From: Zancudomyces culisetae HAW-14-8 | Taxonomy: Eukaryota; Fungi; Kickxellomycota | Length of the DNA: 64,000 nucleotides | Direction: 5' to 3' | Assembly: GCA_052426225.1 (NCBI GenBank) | Contig: JBNJNM010000021.1 | Location: 930,001-994,000 of the forward strand | Part shown: one piece after another, positions 1 through 12,687 of the stretch | How positions within the stretch are numbered: position 1 is the first letter of the stretch | Layout: every line of letters begins with the position of its first letter | Notes under the pieces: model-generated | What the model was told of the DNA's origin: nothing | Seen by the model: the letters and a program-made list of their open reading frames with translations, nothing else | The model's database searches: none | Translations under genes and position numbers: made by a program

Positions 1-331
1 AAGCCTCCAAAAAGGATACAAGCTGTGTTTTCTCTACCGGATCCCTGATGTTGAATTCTCTACTTTTGATTTTTTCCTTAATATTACTTAAATTTTTGGT
101 AGCCAAAGCGTTGTTTGTTTGTGATATGTTTGTATTTGTAGTATAGACCCTATATGTATTCACCAACTTACTACAACTACGAGAAATATTGGTTTTTGTA
201 CTATGACAACACCCACAGAAGCTTCGTTGAAGAACAAATTTCGGACTAGCAGCTGGTACTCGCCATTTTCTGTAAATTGAGGAATACTCCCCTTTTGAAA
301 TCAGATTTTTTATTGCCAAAGTTCTATTCAT
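1..331 (-). CDS. 5' part of a gene running off the left edge; basic, Ser/Thr-rich N-terminus resembling a mitochondrial presequence
   Basis: ATG at 331-329 opens a stop-free frame to position 1 (MNRTLAIKNLISKGEYSSIYRKWRVPAASPKF...DPVEKTQLVSFLEA). Divergent from NOB1. Absent from the ORF track because it is truncated. Confidence 0.6.
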   Translation of the reverse strand, partial: MNRTLAIKNLISKGEYSSIYRKWRVPAASPKFVLQRSFCGCCHSTKTNISRSCSKLVNTYRVYTTNTNISQTNNALATKNLSNIKEKIKSREFNIRDPVEKTQLVSFLEA

Positions 332-812
332 CTCTTGAGGCACTTCAGAGTTATATTGACATTTTTTTATTCGTCTAGTGACTAATTTGATTGTAGTTAA
401 AAATCTATAATTTATTTATTAAGTTAAATAAACTAGCATTGTATTTATGGGTTTGGGGTTAGTACCTAGAATTTTTTTGATCTATCTATGGAAATTAAAA
501 TAAAAAAAGTCCATTCACAAAATTTTTTTGATGGTTTTCAAAATATGTGTGGCAATGAGCAAATGCAATAAAAATACACGTGATTTAATAAAATCATTAG
601 AGCTAAATTGATTTAATCCAGCCAAAAAAAAAATTTTTTTTTATTTTTTTGCAGTTTTGATGGGAGGGGAGACATTGCTAGGGTTATAGTATATATAGTT
701 TTAGTAAAGGTCGAAATAAACCAAAGAGAATAAATAACACAAGAGAAAAGAGTGTCAAAATCGGGACACATTTATTTTGTACAGAAAAGCAAGGAAGCAA
801 GGGCCAACAATA

Positions 813-2474
813 ATGGAAAAGGAAATGCAAAAGGATCAGGGAACTGAAATAGACCAGCTTAGTAATGCTTTTAAAATAGATTTAGACGGAGAACATGGAG
901 TACAGGAAGTGTTAGAGAATGGCAAGAGTAACGATTCCAAGGATATAAACCAAGATATTCTTGAGACATCAGTTTGTGTGTCAGAAGGTCAGAACGAAGC
1001 AGAGGGCGAGACGGGACAAGAAAGTGCTGTTGACAAGAGCGAAAAAGTAGACACAGAGTATTTAGTGTTGGATACAAATGTAATTCTGACTATTAACAAC
1101 AACAGTGGGCATTATTCACAGTATATTGATGAATCGCTGTATAAGCTGGTGACGGTACCACAGGTAATTGGCGAGTTGACGAGTAAATACGCCAAACAGC
1201 AAATCACCAACGTTAAGCTCGAGGTAATTGAGCCGGACAACAGCAGCGTCAAGAAGGTTATTACAACGGCCAAAGAAACGGGTGATTTCGGTAGTTTGTC
1301 AATAGCCGATATCAAGGTGATTGCATTGGGAGTGATGTTGGCTGAAAAATATAACGTCGTCGAGGAAATTGATGCTGACAAGGTAGAAAAGCAAGAAAAT
1401 ACCAAAGATGGTATGGATGAAAATGTTGCTAAAAAGAAGAAAAGAAAGCAAAAGAAGAAGAAGAAGCAACAGCAGCAGCAGGTGGTGGTCGAGGGTTCTG
1501 ATGTTAACGAAGACCAGGAGGTTGATAGTGTTAAGCCTGAAGAGAAAATAGAGGAGGGAGTAGAAGAACGAGGTGAACCGGAAGAGGAAGAAGAGGAGGA
1601 GGAGGAGGAAGGTGAGTGGAGTACAGCAACAAGAAAAAAGAAAAACAACTACAAGAAAAGAAATAACTTTAACAACACAGGATTACCTGGATGGACAAAC
1701 TCGGATGATGGAGGATGGATAACCCCAAAAACCACAGGAAATGGCGGTATGAACAACATTGGAATGGAAAATAGTAGTAATGGTATTAGTAACGGAGGAG
1801 CAAAAAATAATAGAAATAAAGATAACGAGAGAGGTATCAAGCAAAAAGGTAGTAGAGTAAAGATAGCAACAATGGACTTTGCAATGCAGAATGTGATTCT
1901 TACGCTGGAAAAAAGGGAAAAAAATGGAAAAAAAGGTGTAGAGTTGGTGGATGTTAGCAAAGGCCAGCAAGTAATCAAGAAAATCAAAACCTTCGTGTTG
2001 CGATGCCACAGCTGTTTCGCAACTACACACAAAATGGACACGCAGTTCTGTACTTCCTGTGGACATCCAACGCTGCTCAAAACATCGATTTCGACAACAG
2101 AGCAAGACGAGGGAGTGGTTGTCCACCTTAAAAAGAACTTCCGGTACAATTTGCGGGGTAAGAAATATTCGATTCCCTCGCCAGCAAACGCCAACCACTT
2201 GGTACTCCGAGCCGATGACAAAACATATACTGAATCAATGAAGCGAAGAAACATGCTGTTAAACAAAGCCATGCGGACCAATAATGCAGATGATGTCGAT
2301 GCCTTCTGGTTTGGAGCAGCAACTACCACATCCGGATCAGCATCCAGAGGTCGAACCGGCGAAAGATTCGACGCTAATGGAATGCCTATAGTTGGTGTCG
2401 GCCGTCGCAATCCAAACAAAGTCATCAAAACAGGCAACAAAAAGACGGGTTCGCTATTTTCGGCTACTCGCTGA
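813..2474 (+). CDS. NOB1: 20S pre-rRNA D-site endonuclease Nob1 (PIN domain plus Zn ribbon)
   Basis: PIN motifs VLDTN, GDFGSLSIADIKVIAL, TMDFAMQNV; GGWITP; Zn ribbon RCHSCF...FCTSCGH; LRGKKYSIP. First ATG is at 813 (the track starts at TTG 777). Confidence 0.95.
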   Translation: MEKEMQKDQGTEIDQLSNAFKIDLDGEHGVQEVLENGKSNDSKDINQDILETSVCVSEGQNEAEGETGQESAVDKSEKVDTEYLVLDTNVILTINNNSGHYSQYIDESLYKLVTVPQVIGELTSKYAKQQITNVKLEVIEPDNSSVKKVITTAKETGDFGSLSIADIKVIALGVMLAEKYNVVEEIDADKVEKQENTKDGMDENVAKKKKRKQKKKKKQQQQQVVVEGSDVNEDQEVDSVKPEEKIEEGVEERGEPEEEEEEEEEEGEWSTATRKKKNNYKKRNNFNNTGLPGWTNSDDGGWITPKTTGNGGMNNIGMENSSNGISNGGAKNNRNKDNERGIKQKGSRVKIATMDFAMQNVILTLEKREKNGKKGVELVDVSKGQQVIKKIKTFVLRCHSCFATTHKMDTQFCTSCGHPTLLKTSISTTEQDEGVVVHLKKNFRYNLRGKKYSIPSPANANHLVLRADDKTYTESMKRRNMLLNKAMRTNNADDVDAFWFGAATTTSGSASRGRTGERFDANGMPIVGVGRRNPNKVIKTGNKKTGSLFSATR

Positions 2475-5111
2475 GTGCAGGCTGTAGACCAACTCGCGAA
2501 TAAAATGCTCGGTGATACCTGGACACTCCCTCTCAGCATTCACAAATCCGTTGTTGAGATACATGTATCCTTTTTTCGCCCGGCTGCTTGTAGTGTGTTG
2601 GTTCAGCCGCCTTATTGCTGGAATCACCAGCTTTTCAAACAGCTCATCACGTGATGGCAGCGGTGGCGTGCCACTCCGGTTTTTCAGCTCCTCTCCTCCA
2701 ATTGCCGCTTCATTTTTACTGGTCTGTGGCGAATGTGGCCTATTTGCAGATTGCACACTCCATCCAGGCACTGGCAACGCCGAGCTTTGGCTGCTTGCGC
2801 TTGATGGTCTCGAACTTGAATGGGACTGCTGTCTCGTAGCAACCATTTGCTTAAAACTTTCTTTTCCCGCAGCTGGAGCCACGTATTGTCTTCCAGGCGC
2901 CAGGGCTCGAGCAACTTCTGGACTTGCATTGGCACTGGGCTTGGTAATGTACATTGACTTGACTGCTGAGCCCACAGCGCTGCTTTCGACATCTCTAGCC
3001 GTTGTATCTATCCCCAACATCGGTGTTTGCTTGACTCCTGGCTTTGCCACATGACTAGTTTGTCTCGACTGCGCGCTTAACGGTCTACTTGCTCCTCCCT
3101 TTACTGGCGATCTCTCGTAAACATTTTCGCTCGAGTATTTTGAATATCCTGATACCCCAGCACTAGGTGGCGTACTGCTGATCTGAGTCATTGGTTGCGT
3201 TGACGCTGTTCTCTTGTTTAAATTGCTCGGATTCTGCATAGATAATGGTTGTGTTTGTTGTTGTGTTTGTGTTTGTGGTCTAGCAAAAGCCGAATATCCT
3301 TGGTTTGGTGTGTTTACTGATACTGGTCGTGGTGAGCTTGCTGCGCTAATATTTTTGTTGCTGCTGTTGTTGCTATTACTGTTGTTGTTGTTGTTGTTGC
3401 TGTTGCTTTTTCTTATATCATTGGATGACGATAGATTCTGTTCAACCGTGTTAAAATCCCATATTATCGTGTTTTGCTTTTTTCTATTGGTTTATCATTT
3501 TGTTTATATATATATATATTTCATCTTCACATTTATACCGAATAATTATCTTATTTCTTGTGTTTGGATTCATACCACTTCAATTACCCTAATAAACATA
3601 CTTACTCTTTCTTCTTATCGTCATCATCTCGCTTCTGTGCCTGGGGGTGTGTAATTTTCCATCTGTCCCATCGATTAACCAATTCAAGCAGCCGTCCTGT
3701 GCTTCGAGCTCCCTTAATAAACCGATGTTTAAGCAGCTGCTCCGCTGTCGGTCTCTTTTCTGGTTCTTTTTGTAAACATAACGAAACGAACTCTATAAAA
3801 TGCTTTGAAAAGTCTCCAGTAAGTTGAGGTGGTTCGTTCTTTGGAATTACAAATAAGACTTTCATGGGATGCAATTCGGCATATGGTGGCTGTCCCTTAG
3901 CAAGTTCTATCGCTGTGATTCCTAACGACCATATGTCTGCTTTGCTATTGTATCCGCTCTGTTTGATAACTTCTGGCGCCATCCAGAATGGTGTACCAAC
4001 AAATGTGTTTTTCTTTGTCAGCGTCGCTGAAATTTGTCCTGAAACACCAAAATCTGCCAATTTGACTAGTTTTTTATTTACATTTTTGTATTTAACTTTT
4101 TAGCACCATTCTTTCTTTTCAGTCATCAATACAGCTTATATATATCAGCCTTCTGTACTCACCTTCTCCTCCTCTAGTCAGCAGAATATTCGCAGCTATT
4201 GTTACCATATATCAGTTTATATTAGTTATTTTCTTTTTTTGAATTAGTCTTGTAGACTACACATCTACTCTAAAACCTGTACTATACTTACCCTTAATAT
4301 CTCTATGAATTTTGTTTTCTCGGTGTAAATAATCTAAACCCCTTAATATTTCTCTCATCAGTATTGCTATTTTCCCCTCGGTTATCACCCCTGGCTTCAT
4401 CATTTCGGCACAAGATCCACCTCCACAATACTCCATCACTATCCATAGATTTGAAGCTTGCAAAAACGAACCATGGTACCTATTTATTATCGTTTATTAT
4501 CCGAAGTCTCAGTAAAGTCTTTTTCTTTATTAAACAAGTTTAAAACACGCACATACACACTCACTCACTCACTCACTCACTCACATGCGCATAAAATTTA
4601 GTGTATAATACACTCTTTTTTACCTGGTAACAAATGGAGAATCCAATTGTGATAGTATAAATATTTCCTGTTGAATATCTTCAATCTCATCCTCTGCGCT
4701 TTCCAAATCTATTATTTTGATTGCTACATGCCTCTTTGTCTTTTTGTCAATCCTATGTACACAATTATGTATAAAGCATATCTTAAATCATAGTCACCAC
4801 CACTACTACACAGCGATTCTAGCCACAAACACTTACGCTTTGTATACCTCACCGAAGGATCCTCTTCCTAAATTAGTTGTATTTATTATCTATATTACCT
4901 CTATACATCAATATCTAAATCATACACACATTTCACTAATCTGATAAAATATATTTTTACCTATTTTTTGTATAAGAGTATAGTGATCTCGTGGATCTAC
5001 GGGTACTTTTGACTATTTTTCCGTTTATAAATACCATTAGTGCTGCTACTTTTACTACTCTAACGATATTCTGGTCCGAAACAGTAGACTTCAAAAAAAT
5101 TTATTTACCAT
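2454..5111 (-). CDS. STE20-family GCK-III Ser/Thr kinase (MST3/STK24/25-like), 8 exons
   Basis: Exons with GT-AG borders: 5111-5109 (ATG only), 5012-4961, 4867-4837 ([10 protein letters not shown]), 4752-4624 (VAIKIIDLE), 4479-4292 (IHRDIK), 4195-4163, 4065-3606 ([12 protein letters not shown]), 3483-2454 (WDFNTV, low-complexity tail, C-terminal helical domain with AERECPG). Confidence 0.93.
3355..3406 (-). repeat. trinucleotide (AAC/AGC)n tract encoding poly-Asn/Ser in the kinase tail
   Basis: + strand reads ttgttgctgctgttgttg... Confidence 0.8.
4557..4584. repeat. (ACTC)n microsatellite in a kinase intron
   Basis: cactcactcactcactcactcactcac. Confidence 0.85.
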
Positions 5112-7455
5112 TGTCACAACGACTCTGTTGGATGTGTATCTATATATCGCTTTCTAGCGTGCTGTAAAAAGAAAAGTATGTTATACTCTGGTGCCTAATA
5201 ATTATTACACCCTCTGTGTTCACCTATCTTGGATATTGCTCTAATCTTTTGTAGCACGTCTTTAGCGCTGGCTGTTGCTTGAAATGTAGTAAACTTTACA
5301 CCCTACAGTTTACTTTTTACTCTTGCCACACGATAAAGATGTACTAATGCCTTTTATTGCTGCTCTTTTCTCTAAAGCAAAAATATATATAAATAAGTCT
5401 ACAACAAAAATAAACACAGCCGCTCGCAATTATCTGTTAGTCTAAACTTTTTTTTTTAATCCTAGTTCAAGCAACATTATTTAATGTTTAATTTTTTTTC
5501 GGCCAGCCTTGTGTATTGCTGTTGTAATTAGCTAATTTCCATTTAATTGGCAGTCCAAGTTTACTTTCCTGTTTTGGATAGCGGATTATCGCATTTTGAG
5601 CAAACTCAAAAAAACAAAAACAAAAACAAAAAATGTAAATACATCAAAAACCATCTATACCACAAGCAATTTTTATTGCATTTTACGTGTCTTTTTTTTT
5701 TACTAGTCTGCAATTAAGTTTATATCAGTAATTTGAATTTCAAATTCGACGACATATTTGTTATGAATAGTTCTTTCCCTTTGTAGCATAATGGCTGAAA
5801 TATATGCTTTCATATGTTAGTGCTGCTTTTGCCTCACCATTCTTTTTATTAGTTTGAAAAATGGACTGGAAAAAATGCCCGTTATATTCTCCCATACCAT
5901 AACAATCATGACCTTGCATTCACAAATACATCCCAAACCCACCTCCCAACAAACATACCAAAATTCTGTTAGAGTGACTTTGTTTTGCTTATTATCCTTG
6001 TTTTGCTACTTTGTAGTTGATCACTGACTACAGATTGGGTTCAATAAGATTTTTCTTTTCAGTGGTGTACATAATTATAGGCTTTTTATGTGGTTGTATC
6101 CCCCTTTTATTTTTAAAATGCTTTCAACTGTTTTTTTTTTGGTCACCAATTTTCAAAAACTTTAATTTTTTTCACTTAATATACCATGATTACAAGATGT
6201 TTTACGAATTCTAAAAGACTATAATTATAATTCACCCTGTACAACGTGATTTGAAATGCATTTGTAAAACGGAACACGAAAGTTGATAGCTTCAATCCCT
6301 GATACTGCCCTCCCCCCACCCCTCTGTGGTCGTGATTAAAGCCAACTTTACGCGTCATATTCAAATAGCACTTTTATTTTTTTCTATTTACCTCCTCCAA
6401 CTCGGCCACTTAAAGTTTAAGCAGGAAAAAAATTTTTTGGACTGGGAATACAAATCCCAATACGATCGCATTCGTCCAGGGTATTATAAACCTGGCAAAG
6501 TTAACCTACACCCGCTGCATCTGCCTTAGTGTTACTAAAACAGGACCTGCGCCCCAGAAAAACAAAAAATGATTGCTCCACTGGCTTACATATTACCGTC
6601 TTGATATTTCAAGTAACCGAACGTGTTTCAATCAAACAATCATAATTATATCTGATCAGCGTTTCTGACTCATTCGTATCCCCCCCCCCAATAAACTAAA
6701 AAGGAGAGGAGGAAACAGATGTATTCTTAGTACTTTCTAGCGCAAATAATTGGGGATTAAAATGATTGTGCGTAGGGTATATGAATAAAAAGTATAATTT
6801 ATAATTTACCATCTTAGACTTGTGTATTTTTTTCTGGTACAAGTATTTCGAATGCAGTAGCAAAACAGATTAAAAAAATGCATCACTTACCACATTATTA
6901 CCATCCTGTAAAAGGCCAACAGGCTGAATTTGTAGACATAAACCTTTTAAAAAGTTTCCTTTTAGTACATGTATACACTGGCTAGCTTTGCATCACAAAT
7001 AAATATAAAGATAGCTTTTATTCCACCAACACAGTTGCAAATCAGTTTTAGGGGCTAAGGGTATCACAAATGTTCAGTGAAATAGAATGTTCGAACAGGC
7101 GGTGTCGACAAGCTACATACTGTTTAATGTACCTAGTATGTAGATATATTCGTAAAAATAGGGTACATGTATTGAAGATACAGTACCATCAAGCAGTCAT
7201 GAACTGTTACTGTTGCGAACAAGCCAACAGCCATGTTGGTTTTTTTGGCTTAGAAATGGAATTTAATAAACATCATCTGATATTTTCCCCTCTTTTTTTT
7301 TGATCATTATCACCAATCAATACCAATCCTTTAAAATTCCAAGTCTTTCGCTTTAAATACGATTTTCACAAATATAATATATGTTAGTTTAATCAAAAAA
7401 TCACAAATTACAAACATCGTTCGAAAATAAAGAAAGATACCTGTTTTACGAATAG

Positions 7456-9656
7456 ATGGAGAGAACTAAAAAAAGAATCAGATTATACAGCGATGCTGAG
7501 GATAGTGACAATGATTCTTGTAAGAAATTTGCGAAGCATCAAGATACGGGCCCGCATCATCTAGAAGCAAACGAATTTGATACAGACAATAACAGAACTA
7601 TAAGTAGCGGGGAAGATAAAGAAACTCGAGGAACAAAAGGACTGGAAAATATTTCTAGTCTTGGATCGAGTGAAAAAAATGGAACCTTTTCAAACGAAAT
7701 CCCAGAGATCACCAATATAGTAAAACCTAGGCGACTATCACATAGTCCGCAAAAAAAAGAACACGGAATTTCCAAGGATATTGTTTATAACTCAGAATCA
7801 GAAATAGATGAGGACGATTTTTTTGATAGAAAGGTAACTAAAAATGCTGAGGATTTCATAAATATATACCTGCAAGAGAATTCAAACGAAATTGATGCTC
7901 AACACAAATTCAGTAACTACAAAGCTCTAGAAAGCGAGCCATCAGATGAATCCAATACAGTTCAGGAGCCAGAGAAACCGAAAAAGAGAAACTTGTAGGT
8001 TTTGCTTTTTTAGTAGTGCTATTACAAAAACTAGTACTCATACTTACTTTACTCTCATGCATATAACCAGATATAAATGCAGCTAAACATGTATAAATAC
8101 TCATATAAATATAGGTATAATACTCATGACGTATACTCGGATAGCAGCTTACCACCTTTTGATGATGAGCTGCTGATCCTGAGAGCTAAAAACCTCGATT
8201 CCAAAAATACTGACCAAGGCTCGGATGGCAAAGACGACAACTCCAATTTATCATATGAATATATTGGTAGTTCAGACAGCGAAGTTGAAAGCAGTGAACT
8301 CCGCAAAAATCTCAGATCTAGCGGTCGAAAACCCACACAGGCTCAGAACTCTACTCGAAAAGTGTAAGTCTCGACCTTTTGAGTATCGTTTTTTTATATT
8401 ACAAAAGAATTTCAGTTCATAACTTGTTAAAGAGATGGATGGTGGCTTTAACTTAGATTTAACTTTTACATCATACATAGTCCAAAAACAACAAAGAAAC
8501 CAAGAGAGAAATCTGCAAAAAGTAAAATCATCAACATTGATACCGAGTATAACTCAGATCCCTATGATCAGGGCCTTGATCCAGCACTTAAAGAAATTCT
8601 CGAATCGAAAAAAACACAAAACTCTTCACAAGCCATCATTGATATTGAAAACTACTCACAGCCAGACAAGCGCGATGAGGATGAGCCCATAACTGACCTG
8701 TCTATGTTTGTCCAACTTTGCCTGAAAGTCGATGAGAAGTTTATATCTACTGAATTGGAACCCATGAAAGGCTTCTTTTGGAATGGGTCCAAATGTACCA
8801 CCAAAGGCCATATTGAAAAGGCTGTTAAATCACCTATAAACGCCGTTTTTAGAAACGATGAAAGGTTTTCTCGTATCCTTTTGCTACTGTCGGCTGCACA
8901 AAATATTCCTTCTGATACAAACTCGATGGTTTTGGTATACAATGGAACAAAGATATATCATACAGTAACACCTAAAGCAATCTCCAATGAGCCACATATT
9001 TCTCTTGGTAAGTACAGACTTTTTTGGTTGTCATAGCACTCTTTTATTGAGTAATAGATGGTATCACAAAAACAACTCTGAAAAATCTGAACACAATTTT
9101 GAATTTTTTCACTTAAGCACACTACTAAAACTATCTGGTCATTAATTGTAAATTCCGCCTATAGATATATACCCGCAAACCGTATACAATCGATTTATCG
9201 AGTCGCATAACATTGAGGCTGAGAATATTCAGATAGCGCTAACCTCTACTGAAAGCTTCTGCGAAATAAACAGTCAAACATTGCTTCAAGAGCCCACCCC
9301 AGCTCATGTAGAATCGATAAAGATCAAAATTAGGAATAAGGAAGGAAATGACCAATTTCTCAGTGTCAAAAGCGTAAGTCTCGGCCTGATATTTTTTTTC
9401 ATATCAATATCCTGTCCCTAATCACATAAACTTAATTTGTTTTGTTTTGTATATCTATCTCTACCTCTAAAACACACTAAACTATGGAGAATAGACTATT
9501 CCTATCTCTGCTATAATCGAAGCGTACAAAAAGCTTTGTGGGTTAGGTGTTGATACTACTGTTCGGCTTAATTTTGATGACGAATATCTAGATGGAAAAG
9601 CGACATTATTAGACTCTGGTATTGAAGATGATGATATGTTACTGGCCTTTTACTGA
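7456..9656 (+). CDS. Esc2/Rad60/NIP45-like protein with an acidic N-terminus and C-terminal SUMO-like domains (multi-exon)
   Basis: Exons at about 7456-7994, 8115-8362, 8481-9007, 9164-9373, 9495-9656. C-terminus IKIKIRNKEG...IIEAYKKLCG...VRLNFDDEYLDGKATLLDSGIEDDDMLLAFY* matches the Rad60 SUMO-like domain pattern. Confidence 0.8.
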
Positions 9657-9922
9657 CATCGTTTTGGCCTACTAAGCTCGGGATCTCTTTCCTCTGTCAA
9701 CACTGTATTTTAAAAACTCGCTTGCTCGCTTATATTTTTGATTTTATTTTCTTTCCCTTCTTTTTGACTTTTATTTAGGCTATTATTTTTTTAGGGAGTA
9801 AGTTTTATACCTGTCAATAATCGCGTTTCAAGTGATAATTAGTTTAGGTGATTTCTGTGAATTAGTGAATGAAAACTGCAAATACTTGAACAAAATGTCT
9901 TTTCGGAGAAGGTGGTTAGGAA

Positions 9923-10843
9923 TTAGGAATTTCTACAAAGTATTATTACTTGGGGCCACTGAAATCTGAATGTAGAGTTAATATCGGTTACACCTGCGAC
10001 ACACATCAACTTTTTAACAAAATCCTCTGCCAACTCCTTCTCTTCAGGATGTGACGTTTGGTACTTTGCGATGGCGGACCACGAATTGATGTGCTCTATC
10101 CACGATTTCCAGGTGAATTGGTGATCAATAACAAGTGGCAAGTCGAGAGTTTCACAATGTCTGTTAGCGTATTTTGTATATGCCTCAGGAAATACCTGGT
10201 ACTTTACGTCTTTAAACCCATGTTGGTTTACCTTCTCGTAGTAAGTCGAATATAGATGGTCCAGAATACCCACACCGTCGTTCCAATATCTCCCTAGCTT
10301 TAGTGTGCCAAACTCTCTCAGTATTTCATCACATTGTGGAAAATCCACAAAATGGCCATATCCGGAATACCCTATTATCATCAAAGTGCCATCTTTTTTG
10401 AGTACGCGCTTGCATTCGGATAGAAACTTGTCTGGATTTAGCCAGTGTGCAGCCTGAGCTATTGTCAAAACGTCAACTGTGTTATTTTCGATAGAATTCA
10501 TTTCTTCTGCATTTTCTACAAGATATTCAATGTTATTATTTTGGGTCATCCCTTCATCTTTATTTTTTTTCTGCACAGCCTCGATTGTTCTATCCATTTC
10601 TGACTGTCTTGCGGCATGCAACATACTTTCAGATGCATCGGTTCCAAGTACTTTGGTAAAGAAACTTGATAGCTGCCTGGCAAGTATCCCTGTCCCTGTA
10701 GCAACATCAACGGCTAGGTCCATGACGTTTGATGGGATACCTCTGTGATACTCAACCAACCTCTTTACAAGGAGTGGGTTATACTGGTATCTACCGTTCG
10801 TGTATTTATTTACTTTGTAGAAGCTCTTACTAAAAGTAGCCAT
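9923..10843 (-). CDS. class I SAM-dependent methyltransferase (Methyltransf_11; Crg1/Tmt1-like)
   Basis: MATFSKS..Y...R..Y N-terminus; AVDVATGTG; GTDASESML; DVLTIAQAAHW; RVLKKDGTL; SWSA. Intronless. Confidence 0.9.
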   Translation of the reverse strand: MATFSKSFYKVNKYTNGRYQYNPLLVKRLVEYHRGIPSNVMDLAVDVATGTGILARQLSSFFTKVLGTDASESMLHAARQSEMDRTIEAVQKKNKDEGMTQNNNIEYLVENAEEMNSIENNTVDVLTIAQAAHWLNPDKFLSECKRVLKKDGTLMIIGYSGYGHFVDFPQCDEILREFGTLKLGRYWNDGVGILDHLYSTYYEKVNQHGFKDVKYQVFPEAYTKYANRHCETLDLPLVIDHQFTWKSWIEHINSWSAIAKYQTSHPEEKELAEDFVKKLMCVAGVTDINSTFRFQWPQVIILCRNS

Positions 10844-11538
10844 TTCCTTTTGTTTAGAATATAGTATTTAGTTGAACTAGAAAATATTTGTATTGTATTA
10901 CTGCTTCGTATTTATATTCAAAGCCCAAAATATAACTTTATTGAGACAACTTGGCATAGTACTAGAAAAAGAGAAACCAATGAACCAATCCAACTCTTCG
11001 AGTTTTATCGCACATGGGAGGCTGTTTCAAAATAAAAAAATAATCCAGCACGGTATGGCAAATGAAAATTAATGATCACCACATCCCGAGGTTTTTTCCT
11101 AATTTTTTTCATTTCAGATGACTTTTTCGGATCAGTTAGTTTGATTGCAACTCCAACCAGAAAATGCATAGATTTCAGTTCATTGTACTCCATGTACTTT
11201 GCATCTCGAACATTGGAGACAGGATAGTTGCAAGCTCATTCCGACTAATAGATAGTTACCTGGTTATTGCTCTACTATTGGCACAGTTGTATTTTTTTAA
11301 AAAAAATACAGTATTTTCGCTTTTCACATGTTTATATTATATGCATGTAAATGAACACATTGCCATATTCTTAAAATACAAAAATGTCCAACAGCGTTGC
11401 TAGATATAAAAAACAAAAACAAAAAAAGCTAACGTCGGGATCCTCAAATGGCAACTACTAGGTACCAAGCATTGAGTATTAAGTACTGATTATCAGTTAC
11501 CGAATACCTACCAAATTTCGCTATATAATTATTTACAT

Positions 11539-12687
11539 TCACATAATCAATGTGTCAGAGTTCGAATTTTCATATTTCGGAAGTGAATAGGCAACATTTT
11601 CAGCCCAAGTTGGCACACAGTGAACGGGTATCGTAGAACTCAACTCAGTTTCTTTATCTTGACGTTTTAACGTGGTGCTAAATATAAGAAAGTGTGAAAT
11701 TGTTATATGGCTCATACTCAACTCCTGTAAGGGTTCAGTTTCGAATTTTGGCAACTTTAGCGTCCATGATTTCAAGTTATTGTTCAACACATCCGACTCT
11801 GTATAATGAGGATCAACATCCACTCTATCTGTAGTTGAATGGTCAAGCATGCCTTTTTCGGTGCCTGAAAAATTATCCTTTTCATGATCCAATAAGTTTA
11901 TTGATGGTCCTAACTTGCAGTTACCGCTTGCTAATGCCCTAACCTCACAAAACCCGGGATCGCTTTTGGAGCGCCGAAAGGTCAGTACTTCTACAATTTT
12001 GGCATAAATGTTTTCTATTTTTAGGTGTTTGTCTGAATACATTCGCAGAGTTGCTTCCACACCATTTTCGTTTCCAAGCGAGCTGAACAAGTTTGGTTGA
12101 ATGTTCAAGGAAATTTTCAGCCCTGGTTCGCTGCAAATGTAGTAATTACCAAAGATATTTACCACATTATTCAACATATCGCCTTCACTACCAAGTGATA
12201 CCCTACACACATTGATAGGAACTGACGTCTTTAGACTTGGTTTGAGTATACCTGCAACTCTTCTATATAATGAACAAGGTTGTGCCTTTGTATGTGCCAC
12301 TAGGTGATATTCAATGCTACCGTGTTCTGCAGAAATACTTGGCTCTATATCCTCGGGGATCCAAAATATAAAGTTAAAGGCATACTGCCCCTTGGGAAGT
12401 TTGCCATCAACCAACTCTGGTTTAATCTCAGTGCTTAACACTGTCACATTTTTTAAGTTTACCACATAGTCAATGCTCAAATAGTCAATACTTTCTTTCC
12501 AGTAAAAACACTTGGATTTTTTTAAAGCTATTTTGATGGATCCTACGTCCCTGTTCTTTTTCAAATCAAGAAACACAGTTCCTGTTATACTAGAATGAAT
12601 TGATTTATCCTCACCAGTTACATAAACCGCGTCGTTGTTTGTGATGATTTTTATTGTACAATCTTTTCTTTTTGAGCGCAGAGTCAT
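11539..12687 (-). CDS. alpha-arrestin (Rsp5/Nedd4 adaptor-like), paralog 1
   Basis: Arrestin_N pattern ITGTVFLDL...LPKGQYAFNFIFWIPEDIEPSI...HGSIEYHL; arrestin_C HITISHFL; terminal LPKY motif. Confidence 0.8.
   Translation of the reverse strand: MTLRSKRKDCTIKIITNNDAVYVTGEDKSIHSSITGTVFLDLKKNRDVGSIKIALKKSKCFYWKESIDYLSIDYVVNLKNVTVLSTEIKPELVDGKLPKGQYAFNFIFWIPEDIEPSISAEHGSIEYHLVAHTKAQPCSLYRRVAGILKPSLKTSVPINVCRVSLGSEGDMLNNVVNIFGNYYICSEPGLKISLNIQPNLFSSLGNENGVEATLRMYSDKHLKIENIYAKIVEVLTFRRSKSDPGFCEVRALASGNCKLGPSINLLDHEKDNFSGTEKGMLDHSTTDRVDVDPHYTESDVLNNNLKSWTLKLPKFETEPLQELSMSHITISHFLIFSTTLKRQDKETELSSTIPVHCVPTWAENVAYSLPKYENSNSDTLIM

Noticed and set aside
1112-2539. Minus-strand ORFs of 178, 296 and 171 aa
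   Set aside because: Shadows of NOB1 with no recognisable motifs. The 296-aa ORF is in a different frame from the kinase exon.
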